A stretch of 38,116 bases of DNA from Trypethelium eluteriae (lineage: Eukaryota). The translations under genes were made by a program, and so were the position numbers. The notes under the pieces were generated by a model. The model was given only the letters and a program-made list of their open reading frames with translations, did no database searches and was not told the DNA's origin. This document shows, piece by piece, positions 21,687-34,648 of this stretch (the stretch's first letter is position 1; each line of letters starts with the position of its first letter). The stretch lies in NCBI GenBank assembly GCA_051942245.1, contig JAVECL010000189.1, positions 1 through 38,116 on the forward strand. The letters run 5' to 3'.

Positions 21687-23264
21687 GTCGAGCATGCTGA
21701 AGCCCAATGCCCAGATATTAGCCACACCACAGCAAGACCCTCCAATTGGGGACGGAGACGACTACTTGCGAGAAAAGTCATCCTCTTAGGGCTCTATCCA
21801 CCTCAGATCTGTGAAAGAGACCGTTTAACAGGAGTAGGAGAGTCCTTTGTGATAACACAGTTGGCGTAATGAATAATGAATCAGATTGAATCATGCCGAT
21901 TTTGTCGAGCATCCTACGGCATAGCCTAAGAGGTGTTCGAGGCAGGGTTTGCCGTGGTAGTGGATCACGCACTATCCGTGAAGGACTTTTAGAGGTGCAT
22001 GGCTTCCCTTGTAGGAACGTGATGGGGACGAAGATGAGTTGTTGAGTCTAGGTTCGTAAGGAACCGTAGGCGAGACTAAATAGCGGATGCGCTAATACAA
22101 ATGTGGTAGTGACAACCACCAAAAGACCCAATGCCACTGCCTTTCAACATCCCTTACGCATTTTCCTAGTCTCGCGGCAATCAGAGATCTGTTGGATATA
22201 TACATATATACATTCACTAGCTACGGCAGTTGCTGATCCATCGAAGGACTAATAGCACGATATTTGATGACTGCAAATTTCATAAGGCTCTTCTTTCTGC
22301 TCGGCAAAGAACATGCGTTTGTGCACAGCGTCAATGCATCGTATGATGAATTAGGAAGCGACCAATCCAGAGTAAAGAGGATCTGCTATGCAAATTCACG
22401 AGAAGAACGAAAGAGGAAATGCCAGACAGTTTGTAGACCGATCCTAGGGAAAAGGTCTCCGAGCTTCTCCACATCCAATTTCCTGCCTGTTTCCCGCTCA
22501 TAAGAAGCCAAGAGCGATATGTACGGCATCTTCGTGATCCCCGAGCTGGACCTAGTCAATAGCCACTTCGTTCGTGCTTTCGACAGTCGCGCAGAAGATT
22601 GTCTACCCTAATATCTGCTTCTGATGGCTTATCACTTCCTACTCCACAAGAGGATTCAAGCTACCCATAAGACAACACCACGAACATGGAGGTTAACCGT
22701 TCTGCGAAGAGCAGCATCTTCCAGAGTCCTATATGCCACGGCATTGGTCAAGTTCTATCTAGTCAAGACGGAGAAGGTCGTTGCTGACCAGGTGGAAAAC
22801 GAGCATGGACTTGCCAGAAATGGTGTCTTCGACGATGCGGACATGGCGACCATCACCGCGCATCAAGAGCCCCGCCTGAGCCTGCTTGCGCCCGCGTGCG
22901 CTGGCCTCGAGCTCTCATATTAGCGAGCACCTCCGTAGTCTTACTAATGATCTGCTTTCCAGGGCGTAGATTAAGATACCTTCCTCCCACTACAAGGACT
23001 TTATTTCGATTTCAGGAGACTGGATGAGGTGCGAGTTTACCAACTTTTGAAATATTTTACTGGCTCAGTCCGTTTACAAGATGGAGTATGCAGAATATTC
23101 ACAGGACGGACGTTACTCACTTCCGGTGGTGAATCATATTATTTACGCGGAGGCACTGCGAACACAGTGTCTAAAAGTGGCGGCTGCTGCTATCATTTAT
23201 ACACAAACAATAGATGATTGAATCGAATCCCATCGGCAACGGAGAGCGCTACGTGACGCTTAAC

Positions 23265-24956
23265 CTAACATTCGCCGTCCCTGATGGCAACCACACCACC
23301 GGTCACCATCTGATACAGCGTCCCTTCGGGACTGAGCAAGGTAGTCCTCAAGTTGTTGTTGAACTTGCCTCCAGCACCAGTACGAGCCTTCCAGACCGTC
23401 TTCCCTGACATGTAGTCGATCGCCTTTGCATACCAGACATACTCGCCCTCGTCGGCCAGCTCTGCTGATTGCTCATATTCATACAGCAGCCCAGTGGTGG
23501 TGGAGAGAATGGGGACAGTGGTCGTCCGGCCGGGATTGGTCCATGCCACATGACATCCGCTGCCGTCACCGGCAACGAGGATCTTGGAGATACCAGGCAC
23601 CTGACCCGTCAAGTTGTTCCACGGCCCATTGGTGTCATTGTGGGTGTCCGCGTAAGCAGGCGCGTTATACATGTTCTCAAGGACTACGCCATAGTCCTTC
23701 CCATCAAAATGCACCATCGGTCCGTTGTCGGTCCAGCTAGCGTTAGGTTGCCAGAGAGGAACCGTGCAAATGGGTTGGATGTCGTGGCCGCTGGCGTTCT
23801 GCGCGTAGATCAATAAGTCGATCTGCCCATCGGCGTTGTTGCACAAAGCGACGAAGTCGTTGCCAAGTAAGCTTGGCGTCGTTCCGGATCCGCGTGCGAG
23901 GGCTCCGGGCTTCCTTTTGCTTCCGGCTTTGTCTGTGGCGTTCCACACCACGTCAATGGTGGTACCTGGCCCCGGTCGCAAAGCGCTGATGAAGCCCTCG
24001 GCATCAGCGTGGTCATCTTTGCCTGATGGTTGAGTGTTGACGAAGACAGTGGTGTTGGTGACAGCGATTCCTTGGCCGATGTCTTGGTTGGGGACTTCGA
24101 GACTGTGGATCATGCCGTCCGGCTCAACGTAGCCAATGATGCTCGTATTAGTAGCTGCCCCGGCGCTGATTCCAGCAGGGCCGCCGATTCCATCGAGCAC
24201 GCCTGTGGTGAACCACACATTACCAGCGGAATCCATCATGGTATTCAAAAGTCTGTATCCCTTCAAGATACCACTGGTAGTCAGATCGATCGTGCGACGA
24301 AGACCGATGGTAGGGGAGCCAGCCGCATCCTCGGATTTCTGCAGGATATATATCTGGCCTCCCACTGAATTAACCACGATCTCAGCCGTCTCCATGAGCA
24401 CCTGCGTGTACGCGGTGTTGAGTTGGGTCGTCTTGGTATATGGCAACTGCCATGCGCTTTCGATAGCCAAAGTCTCAGGATCGAGGACAGCGATTGCCTG
24501 AATGAGATTGGTGTCGGATCCATTACACGGCCCAATGTAAATACCGTACATTGTCCCGAGAGCATCCCAATAGAAAACACCCAATCCAGAGAGATCAATA
24601 GAGGTCAAGTTCAAGGCTTGACCCAGTGGGCCAGGATAATCGACTGAACCGGTATTGCCACCGTCGGCGTGGATAGTAGAGCTCCTTGGCGTGAACTCAA
24701 GCTTGGGGAGCAGTGGCTTTGCCGATACAGGACTCCCAAGGAATGCATCTCCTTCTAAACGCTGAGAGCTTTTCATGGTGCCGGGCTGTAAGCCACAAAA
24801 AGGCGTTCTCGACGCCTGAAAAGGGATCAGTTCTGGCGCTCTATCGCGGCCAGTTTTACATTTTCAGACACTTACTGCTAAAGCGAATCCATCCAGTTGA
24901 GCCAAGAGACTGACGGCTGCGAGCGTAGTGAGAAGGCTGGGTTGAAGAAGCTGCAT
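23265..24956 (-). CDS. Secreted protein of unknown function, probably beta-propeller-like (~543 aa)
   Basis: Signal-peptide exon MQLLQPSLLTTLAAVSLLAQLDGFALA (24956-24876), intron 24875-24816 (GTAAGT...CTGAT...CAG), then the long ORF. Beta-rich repeats DSAGNVWFTT, VVWNAT, SGKTVWK; many N-glycosylation sequons. Confidence 0.8.
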
Positions 24957-26094
24957 TGTGGATGCTTTTCAGGGTATTAAAAATGTTGTCGTTATTATTG
25001 CGAGTCTGATTCGACAAGGAGAAGAAGGTTGGGATTATATGTCCTCCCCCAGCCAGGTCGTGTCGCCCATAACGGGCTTCTCATAGTGGCTGTGAATCCT
25101 CGAATGCGTATCTAGAGGTATTGTCCGGTCTAGCTGGACATCCTATACTTTGAGCGCGCACACGCCCTCAGCTCGCGTTGAGACCGAGATTTGTTGTACC
25201 AATATCAGGAGCAGGATACGCCGTCGTCTCGGACCGAGACCGACATCTACTCTACTTTACGCGTCGATCATACAGCACGCTTGCTGCATACAGCAGTAGT
25301 GGATGATCTGCCAAGGCTATTGAGTCGTTGTTCCCGAGACCGATGTTGCACTCGTTGTAGCTTCCAGAGTTGATGTCTCCGTAGAATTAGCTACGGACTA
25401 ATGCATACTGTTGCGCGGTGCAGAGCACAGTCCGTGCAGTAGAGTACGTCCGCTCTTCAGCCTCTTCCGCTCAAAGTGCAACAGCGAGGCAGGAAATTTG
25501 ATGCCCAATCTATGCCCTTTGACCAGAACAGCTGTGGAACGTGCACGTGAGCGAGGAATCAGACACATTCTCGGTTCGTACTGTGTGTCTGAGCCGCGAC
25601 GCGACGTTCGCCTTCCCATCTGCTCGGTGCTCTCTTTTCTCACCGTCTCGCTACCGTCGATCTAAAGCATTATCCTCAAGAGCAGTGGTTGACCCAGTGC
25701 TCGACGCGTTTAGTACTCTAGAGGATGCCCACAAGTTTACCTCCGCACTGGTGAGCCGACACGAAATTGAACATCGATCTTAAGCATTTGATCAAACATG
25801 GGCAACTGCATAATGCTGGAATTGCTTCCCACTATGCAACGCAACCTAACCAATTGCAAGAGTGACGTTTAGAGATAATGTGTCTGGAATATGTACTACC
25901 TTTGTGATCTAGTACGGTCTAGTAACGGACAGTCTGTTCACCACACAATTTGCGCCGCGATCGTACATTCAATATCTGTACCATCCTCCTAATGTTCCGT
26001 AAATCCAAGGCTGTAAAAAAAGTTACAGGCACCCAAACTCTTCGCATTGGAACAACAGCCAGCGTTAACATCATGTCCCGAGCCCAGCGTGGCT

Positions 26095-27006
26095 CTACAC
26101 AACGGTATCCTCCAGGGCTACCTCTCGGTAATCTGCCTTCTCGCCACCCGCCACCGTCTTCCGAATATGGAAGGCCACGTCCCCAGGATGAACGACATTC
26201 ATCGTTACAACAGCGAAGAACATTACAACAGCATCGAAGCCGTATAAAAAAATCTCATGGGTCATGATGTATCCGTCGTAACCCTGGATGAATTCCACAC
26301 AGCGCACAACCGATCGGACCAAGATCAGAACACTGACGACATACAATCCGATCATATGCTTAATCCAAGGCCGTTGGCGCGCTAACGGTGTTGGAGCCAG
26401 AGCCATGCGGATGTGAAATATGGTGGCTGCGACCACGAACAATCCGAAGAATGCAATCTGGAGGAACAGGCTGCCAATGACAAGATATTTACCCATGTTG
26501 ACCTTATCCGCATCCTTAGAAGCCAGCATGCTCGAGCCGGTAGCTTGGATTAAGAAGGTACCTACGTCGCCGATGACGAAGGTTCTCGTGAGCCATCTGC
26601 GGCGGATGAAGAGCTTTCTATCGCCGTCGACCATAATGACAATGCGTCCGAGTTCCATATAGATGGATGCTGCGAAGAAAAGGGGCGCGACGAGTAGGAG
26701 GAGGCTTTGGATGATGTACGGGATCTTGTCGTATGGTCCGGGATTTTCGGATGCGGAGAGCGCGCGGCCAACATAGCCTACTGTTTCGACTGAAGAAGAA
26801 TCGAACATCAGTAAGAGGACACGAGCGCAGGAAGTGATTCAATCTTGAGACTCACAGATGCCACCGACCACGAATGGAAACATGAACCAGGTTCTCAAGC
26901 GCACCATCTGGTATATGTGCAATATCGTTGCCAATGCGAAGAGGACAATAAAGATGATAGCCGCGGGCATCGAAGGCTCATAATGGTAGAATCGGAAGTT
27001 AGCCAT
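26095..27006 (-). CDS. RTA1-family multi-pass membrane protein (lipid translocase-like) (~281 aa)
   Basis: FYHYEPSMPAAIIF, LLLVAPLFFAASIYMELGRI, FVIGDV, LVRSVVRCVEF, HEIFLYGFDA, HPG. Intron 26855-26790. An alternative in-frame ATG lies at 27048. Confidence 0.92.
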
Positions 27007-28434
27007 CTCTTCGGCGATGTCTGAACGTGAGATGAGTGTCTTCATCATTGTGATGTGTCTGTAGACGTTCGTGAAAGACCAAAGAAGATTATATCACTGA
27101 TGAAGTGCAATGGATTGGAGCTGTCCGAAGGGTTGGATATGAGTGTGTCGTTATACAGTGTCTTCAGGTAATGTCAAGCCATATATAATACTTGATCGTT
27201 GTTGCACTGCCTTGCTGCCCAGGATCTCCCAGTACCTTATGATCGCCATGCTCCTTAAACATCTCTTCGTAACATGGCCTATACTTTACGGATCTACATG
27301 GAAATGTTATGTTCGCACCGTCTTGCGAGCAGAGATTGACCAATGAAGTCTGACTACCTTGGAATTTCGGTTCGTACCGCTTCGCGAGCAGAGATCGGCC
27401 AATCATCCAATAGACCCCAGTTTCGGGGCTCAAGCTCAGCTCTCGCTTTCGGTGCGAGCCGGTGGCTTTTCTGCACTCCATTCTTCGCGTCCAAGCGTTA
27501 AATCTGATCATAGCATTGCGTCGATACAGTCAAGGTCAGAGTCGGAGCCATGTATGTAGTCCCCTATTACGAGAGAAGGCAGAAAGGACAATCTTCTTTT
27601 TGCGATATGTTCTGTGATTCTGGTGTTGCAAAGCATGTGCGGTGAGCACCCTCATGGCTTTCGCTACGCCATGTCATCGACAACGGACGCATTAGCTTCG
27701 TGACTGACAAACTCCTGAAGATACATCGCTCTCAGTCTTTGTTCCTTTGCGGGCCTCGCACAGTGATTTGCCAGAGCGAAGATTCCCGCAGACTCGCCTT
27801 GAAGAAACGCACATGAAGAAGAGCGAAAGTAGCACGTGGAGAAATCGACATTACTTCGCTCTGGGAGGGAAGATCGACTCTCAGCTTCTGGAAGCCAGAT
27901 ACAAGGTAAGATTGACGATCGAACCCTCTCTGTCGTGGGTTTGGGCGACAGCATGGTTGCGCCGACGCTAAAAGTTCTTGGCCCTCGAAGCCTATCGTTA
28001 TCTTGGAGGCTGGCCAGAGCTTGGTGGCTACCAATTGCATCTGATACTCGACTATCGTTGGCCTACTCAATCCTCCCTGACTACATTGCGTCCTCGTTTC
28101 GAGGCTGGAATGCACCTTGAATAGTGTTGGATTTCTGTCGTCGTTCAAATCTCCATCGAGGCAGACTCACCAAGTCTGCCGCGGCCAAACTCCGGCCCGA
28201 AATGGCTGTGTCTTCCGGAAAGCTAAAAATCTGGTAGCGTTGGTTGGGTTCTTGTGGCGTCATGCTTGACTTTCAAGGGCGATCTATTTTTGTCGAAGTA
28301 CATACCCTGACTACGACTTCGAGCGGTCATGACGGATTGTGAGTCTGGCTTCAACGCGCAGAGGACGGTAGAGTCATAGTGGCCCGCTCTACTGGGATAT
28401 TCTGCATGTAATGGGCCTTACAGCCTGCTTCACA

Positions 28435-29643
28435 ATGCCGCAGCTAGGGTCCAGAAAATCGAGGAAAGGATGCAAGCGGTGCAAACAGAGGCGCGTGAAA
28501 TGCGATGAGCAGATACCATGCACCAGATGTGTACAACGAAATGAGGAGTGCAGCTTCCAGCAACTCACGCCAAGTTCCAGCTCCGACACGGCTGCGGACC
28601 CGGCGCTACCTGCAAATAGCGAAGAATGGATTCTCGACCTGTGAGTAGACCCATCATTCCGATTTGAGTCGACGAAACTGACACTTTTGCCGCTATCCAG
28701 GGAGTTGATGCATCACTACACAGCGAACCTGCATTGGCTCGGCGCACGAGAAAACATAGTCCACCTTTGGCGTCACTACATACCCCAACAGGCACTCAAG
28801 CATCCATTTCTTATGCACGGCCTCTTAGCGCTCGCGGCTCTTCACGTGGCATATCTAAGGCCAGTCGACTCTTTCAAGTACCTACAATCATGCGACAAAC
28901 ATCAGGCTATTGCGCTCCAAAGATTCCGCTCAATACTATCCTCGCCTATCGACCCGCAGCTCGCTGATGCTCTCTTCGCGCTATCTGCGACAATTTCACT
29001 TTCATCTATGGCGAGATCCTGTGCCGCAAAAGAAACCGCAACAATGGACATGGACGCTGTCGCAGAGCTGTTCATGCTGACGAAGGGCATAAAAAATGTC
29101 ATCCACCTATCTTACGAGCAAATCAAGCAAGGCCCTCTAGCAGAAATGTTGGACCAACAAGCCTTCGCTGAAGGCAGAAACGGTCATCTGCCGCTCAGCG
29201 TGCTGTCCCGCTTCGCAGCAATACGGAGCATGATGACAACATATGGACTCGATCGAGAAGCGCTTGAGCATTGTCAATCGGCTTTGACAGAGCTGGAGGA
29301 AATATACAAATACATAGCGTATTTCTCTCCAACGGTCAACATCGAGATCGGGGGCGTCTCGCGATGGCAAGTAGCAGTATCCATGGGCTATGTGAGGTTG
29401 ATACAAGCGCTTAATCCGCCGGCGCTCGTCATTCTGGCATATTACGCGGCTGCGATAACAGCCATCCGCACAGCGTGGTACACACAGAACTGGGCAGAAT
29501 ACGTGCTACGTGGTGCCAGCCAGGCACTGAACGGCGATATGCAGCATTGGCTTCAGTGGCCGATGTTACAAATGCAGGAAAGGATGAGCGAGCTCGGCGT
29601 TCAATCTCCCGGCCTAGGAAAGGCCTCAAACGACTTGTCCTGA
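28435..29643 (+). CDS. Zn(II)2Cys6 transcription factor, Upc2/Ecm22-like family (~382 aa)
   Basis: KSRKGCKRCKQRRVKCDEQIPCTRCVQRNEEC, then DLELMHHY and HPFLMHGLLALAALH. Intron 28641-28700. Confidence 0.9.
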
Positions 29644-30612
29644 GGGTGTGTACGGGCCACACAAGCGCGATTCAAGCACTCTAGCTGCGTGCGTTCGTCT
29701 CTCGTCCCCTTGAACGACCCACTTAGGTCTTGGACAAAAATGTTCAACATTTTTGGCCATTCCTAGCCGCGTCGCCAGTCTTGTCGGTTCCATCGACTAT
29801 CGCGCCCGGACTTCAAGACCAAGGATTGAATGTAGATGTCGACGAAGTGTGGTCAACATGAACAGATAGAAAGAACCCAGCCTGCTCCAGCGTCGTCGTC
29901 ACCGACCCCAACAGCAACCGCGTAGACAGCGTTGCGAAGTTTCATGGAACAGATTCTGGAGCCCCTGGTACACCGTTCGAGCTTCATGACGCGAGGTACA
30001 AGCTCGAATGTGACAGCGCCAGCATTTTTGAGCCTCAGGAGCTCAATCAGAACAGCGAATTCAACCCTCGGACCGCCACGGAAATTCATCTCATTTCCAG
30101 TTTGTCTATGGCTGTTTCTGCGCGCGAGGTTGCTTAAATATCAAATGAAAATAGTGGAGAAGTTGGAAGATTCCAGTAGAAGCCCCAACTGGACAAGCCA
30201 TCGTACGTGCCATGCACCGTTCCTGCACAACAAGATCTATGGCCAGCTAGCTTGGCTAGTAGGTGCCAAGAGTCCTTCGGACGCACGAGATTGGCGCAAT
30301 ATCTATACTGAAGTTTGTCATCCGATTTCTGAAGAGGCTATGGGGAAGTAGATGATCATATGCAGTCTCTCGCTAATGCCTTCCTGAACAATCTCAGCCA
30401 CGTCGGAAAGCACGCGCTAGGTAAAATGCCACAGCCTCACCGCCTTTGTTGTACATGATGAGTCATCGAAGGCCGCAGGTAATATGCCATCGTACCTAGC
30501 CTCACCTTTTTGCCTTTGACTGTTGCGACATTGGATCTGTACAGCTGTCATGATAGCGAATTCGAGAATTTCTTTAATCCCACACATTGCTGCAATGTAA
30601 TACGAATGAAGG

Positions 30613-31548
30613 ATGTTTAACATGTTTTTAACTGAGTCGAGAAAGCTCTGGCTTATTTGGACTGTACTCCAACTCGTAGCAGTGTGCATCTCTGATTCAC
30701 CAACCTGTTACCATTTGGATGGCACACCATTTCCGAACGATGGTACCCCTTTACCAGGAGGTAATCTCAACAAATGGGTCCCTTGTAACCCTGATCACAA
30801 CATCAGCCATTGTTGTAACGGAGTCGATCTGTGTCTAGACAACGGGCTCTGTATGGATTTTGGACCTGCTGGTGGAGTCGGTGATCGCCTTTTTACGCTT
30901 CAGGGTTGTACCGACCCGAATTGGGGTCCACCGTGCCCGCAGTACTTCGCCGAGGATCCGAATAAGGTTCCTGGTGCTGATGGTAGAGTTCTTCTTTGGG
31001 CATGCAGCTATGATAGCGGGGGTGAGTACTGCGTCGGTACTCCCAAGCTTTATGGAGCTGTTGGTACATGGGACGCATCATGCTGTGCCGATGCCAGTAG
31101 GCGGATAAAGACGATCCCTTGGTTCAGGAGTATACACTTGGCCATGGATCCATCGCAAAGGATTGAAGTGTGGCAGGGCAATAATGCAGGTTCTGAAGAT
31201 CGTAGCAGCGATGGACAGGGCAACGATGGCAAAGCTTCGCAGAGTTCCAACGGGACATCAGCTGGAGTTGGAGTCGTGATAGGAGTACTAGGTGCCTTGT
31301 TCGCTTTCTGTCAATGGCAGTTCCCCAAATGGAGAATCCTACGATTGCTGCGGTTCGTTTTCAAGAAGATTCGGCAGCGAAAGTTTTCTCGAGCTCAAGC
31401 TGCAAATGATTTGGAAGAAGGTATTCATCGTGTGTCAACAAGATCCATGGGTAGAGGTTATGACGTGGAATCTCAGACCAGCTATGAAAGATCGTACAGA
31501 GACTCTCCTCGTGAATCTTTGGACATCGGTCTCGCTTCCAGAGCCTGA
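30613..31548 (+). CDS. Single-pass membrane protein with Cys-rich extracellular domain
   Basis: Signal-like N-terminus; CY...C...CC...D.CLDNGLC...GCTDPNW...CP pattern; TM helix GVGVVIGVLGALFAF followed by a basic stop-transfer segment. Start may be the second ATG (30622). Confidence 0.75.
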   Translation: MFNMFLTESRKLWLIWTVLQLVAVCISDSPTCYHLDGTPFPNDGTPLPGGNLNKWVPCNPDHNISHCCNGVDLCLDNGLCMDFGPAGGVGDRLFTLQGCTDPNWGPPCPQYFAEDPNKVPGADGRVLLWACSYDSGGEYCVGTPKLYGAVGTWDASCCADASRRIKTIPWFRSIHLAMDPSQRIEVWQGNNAGSEDRSSDGQGNDGKASQSSNGTSAGVGVVIGVLGALFAFCQWQFPKWRILRLLRFVFKKIRQRKFSRAQAANDLEEGIHRVSTRSMGRGYDVESQTSYERSYRDSPRESLDIGLASRA

Positions 31549-31767
31549 ATTGGTTAAAACCTTGGTCATAAGCAGATCGCAACTTACTATACTTACTAAT
31601 CAACCTATACGAACCAATCAGCGGTCTGAAAACGCGCGTCGAACAAGAGTTCAAATGACGCATATACATATATGCTGTTTAATATTCCAGGCTCCCTTTC
31701 TTGCACTGTGCATTACCACAATTCCCTCTGACTCACTTGCTTTACAAAATCGATCGAATAGCTTATC

Positions 31768-32301
31768 ATGGCCAACGATCGGCTCCCAAATCCCAATCGT
31801 TATATCATCGAGAATGATGCAGATGGCAACTCCTTCTTTTCTACCGCCCTTCCTGCACCTGTGGAAGTACGAAGTGAGATTGGTGGCGCGCTCCAGAGAC
31901 TCAGTTACCAGACCGAGCAGTCACCCGTCTCACTCAGCGGCAACAATGATCTCGAGCGCTACAAAACCGCCTTGCAGACTCAGTCCTCACTCGTCACGCC
32001 AGGAGGTGGTGCCAATGTGTGGTATAACGACATCCCGCCCAACGCAGAAAGCAGCCCGATGCACCGCACTGTAACCTTCGACATTGTCATCGTAGTCACG
32101 GGCGAAGTCGAGCTCACATTGTCTAACGATGAGACCCGTGTGATCAAGCCAGGCGATATGGTGATCCAACGATCCACGCTACATAAGTGGCGTAATCCGA
32201 GCAAGACGCAATGGGCACGGATGGTGGCAATCGTATCGGAATGTCAGCCTTATGTTACGGAGAAGGGTGAGGCACTCGGCGCTTACTTCTCCAGCAATTA
32301 A
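31768..32301 (+). CDS. Cupin-2 domain protein
   Basis: SPMHRTVTFDIVIVVTGEVEL and KPGDMVIQRSTLHKWRN cupin motifs. Confidence 0.92.
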   Translation: MANDRLPNPNRYIIENDADGNSFFSTALPAPVEVRSEIGGALQRLSYQTEQSPVSLSGNNDLERYKTALQTQSSLVTPGGGANVWYNDIPPNAESSPMHRTVTFDIVIVVTGEVELTLSNDETRVIKPGDMVIQRSTLHKWRNPSKTQWARMVAIVSECQPYVTEKGEALGAYFSSN

Positions 32302-33622
32302 TTGGAACTGTAACAAGCCACGTCCGGGAATTCATAACCTGTCTTGGATACAATCTCAAGATTCTTGAATACAAGAAAATTTTCTGAGGTCTCTCCTCAG
32401 ATTTGCTGCTTCAATGCATAGAGTTCGGCGATTCTGCAAAGTGCATCGTTTGAAGTCTTCTTTATTATAGCGATAATAGAGTCCTTCTAGATAAGGCGAA
32501 GTAGAAATTGTCAAGGTATTGAGAGACGAATATAGATCTACCCTATATGTCAACTTCAATAAGGCGGATAAGGTCAGTATCTTTGCGAAGTTTGCTTTCA
32601 ATGACCTGAAGATCGCTGAAATCGACTTTGTAGATAGATTTCAGTAAAAGAAGTAAGGCATCCACTCTCAAGATAGTGAGAAACCGAAGTAGCAAGTGGG
32701 ATTTTTATGTCCTTTACGTAGTAAGGTAGGCGCGGCGCAGGGACAATGTTTCTTCCTGGGTGATTTATTTGAGAGGATATTTGGTTACCGTAGACGTTGG
32801 AGGCTTGACAGAGATCAGCGCTCAAAACACCTGCGTCTTGCTCTGCACACTACAGCATTAGCTCCGGCACTCACACGCATCGTTGTGCGTCCGATCCTCA
32901 GCACGCCGGTGTCTAATCGAAATCATCGCGGACGAAAGCAAGTGGTGTTTGCGGACAAATTCGGTGCCAAACCGGTTCGGGCTAGAACGCACCGTTTACT
33001 GTATGGGCACTGCCGTGTTGCGACTAGTGCTACCCAGGAGACAGCGCAAGATGGCATTCCAGGCAGCATCTGATGGCATGCCACTCGCATTCCGATATGT
33101 CTTGGATTATGGAGAGGGGCCATGAACGATTTTATAAGCGGGCAAAAATGAACGGCAGCGCCAAGAGGTTTCGTAAGCGTGGTCAGTATCGTATAATTTA
33201 GTGCACACTAGTCTCTCTACGGCCGGCAATAGACATCTCCATTGTACTAACACCGATGCCATGCTGATCTCTACGTCTACGTCCCAATTTGAATTTTTTT
33301 CTTCCTGCTTCTTAGAAATGTGACTCGTGCTGGTTAACGAATGACCCTGCAGTGATCCAGTCGTGACCACTATGCGACATCTTACGATTAATCGGACGAG
33401 CCACAGCCCCTGCTTTCACCTCTACCTTATATCCGAGAAGCTAGTAAACCCAGGAAAATTGCAGTTCCAACCTGCGTACTCCGTACAAGGATCTGCACTT
33501 ATAAAGGACTCTACAGAACTTGTGTATTTTCTCTGAAATTTCTATCGACTTCCATTCTGTATTCGCTGGACAAACCTGTCATCCCGGTACTGAACTATAG
33601 GCTCTGCACAAAGCGATACAAA

Positions 33623-34648
33623 ATGCCACCACCGAGAGGAACTCCAAACCCAATCGAAGGGCCGGGTGAGCACTGACACGCTGCAACGATACACTGTAAG
33701 ACTCTGACTTGACGCGCCAGGCGACTATGACATGGTTCCTACAATTCATAATGACACGTACCCAGCCATTGACCCAAGCAAGGCCGACTTAAGTGGTAAA
33801 GCCGTCTTTGTTTCAGGGGCATCCAAAAGTCTGGGTAAGGCAATGGCGATTGCTTTCACCAAAGGCGGTGCCTCCTACATCGCTCTTGGCGCTCGTTCCG
33901 ATGTATCGAACACCGAGAGAGACTGCCTTTCTGCGGCAGCAGCGAGCGGGAGGCCAGCACCGCAAATCTTGCCACTCAAGTTTGACGTTACGAGTGTCGA
34001 GAGTGTCGACAATGCAGCGACGGAGGTCCGAAAAGCTTTTGGCCGCATCGACATCATTATCAATAATGCTGGCATACTCTCTAGAGATATGATCAAAGAT
34101 AGTGATCCGGAAGTTTGGTGGAACACGTGGAATGTTAATCTCCGTGGCCCGTATCTCGTGACACGAGCCTTCTTACCTCTCATGCTTGAAGGGGGCGAAA
34201 AAACTTTCATCACCGTGAGTAGTGTTGGGGCCCACTGCGTTGGCGCCGGGTTGAATGCATATCAACCATCGAAACTGGCGGTATTACGGTTTACTGAGTT
34301 CATCTGTGCCGAGTATGCAGAGCAAGGAGTACTGGCTTTTAGCATACATCCGGGAAATATTCCGACGGATATTGTTGGAGGGCCGGAGAATCTGCCTGAC
34401 TTTCTGAAGCCAGGTAAGAATTCCTCGAATGACCAAAGCATCTCAACCCATGGATTTTTAACAAGGTCACCCTAGTTTTTGTCGAGACGGCAGAGCTGAG
34501 CGCGGATTCTTTAGTATATCTCACGTCGGAGAAGCGTGATTGGTTGGCCGGTCGATACATTAATTGCACATGGGACTTACCGGAGCTCATGGCGAAGAAA
34601 GAAGAGATTGTGAAGGACGACAAGCTGAAGGTAAGGATGGTGATCTGA
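33623..34648 (+). CDS. Short-chain dehydrogenase/reductase (~302 aa)
   Basis: SGASKSLG Rossmann variant, NNAG, YQPSK, HPG. Introns 33666-33720 and 34414-34475. Ends DWLAGRYI...KLKVRMVI*. Confidence 0.92.

Noticed and set aside
21690..23200. Short ORFs (e.g. 22624-22923) as gene relics
   Set aside because: Could be decayed coding sequence, but I cannot assign any family from the sequence alone.
31292..32074. 260-aa ORF bridging the membrane protein and the cupin
   Set aside because: Non-ATG start, and it overlaps two better-supported genes in other frames.
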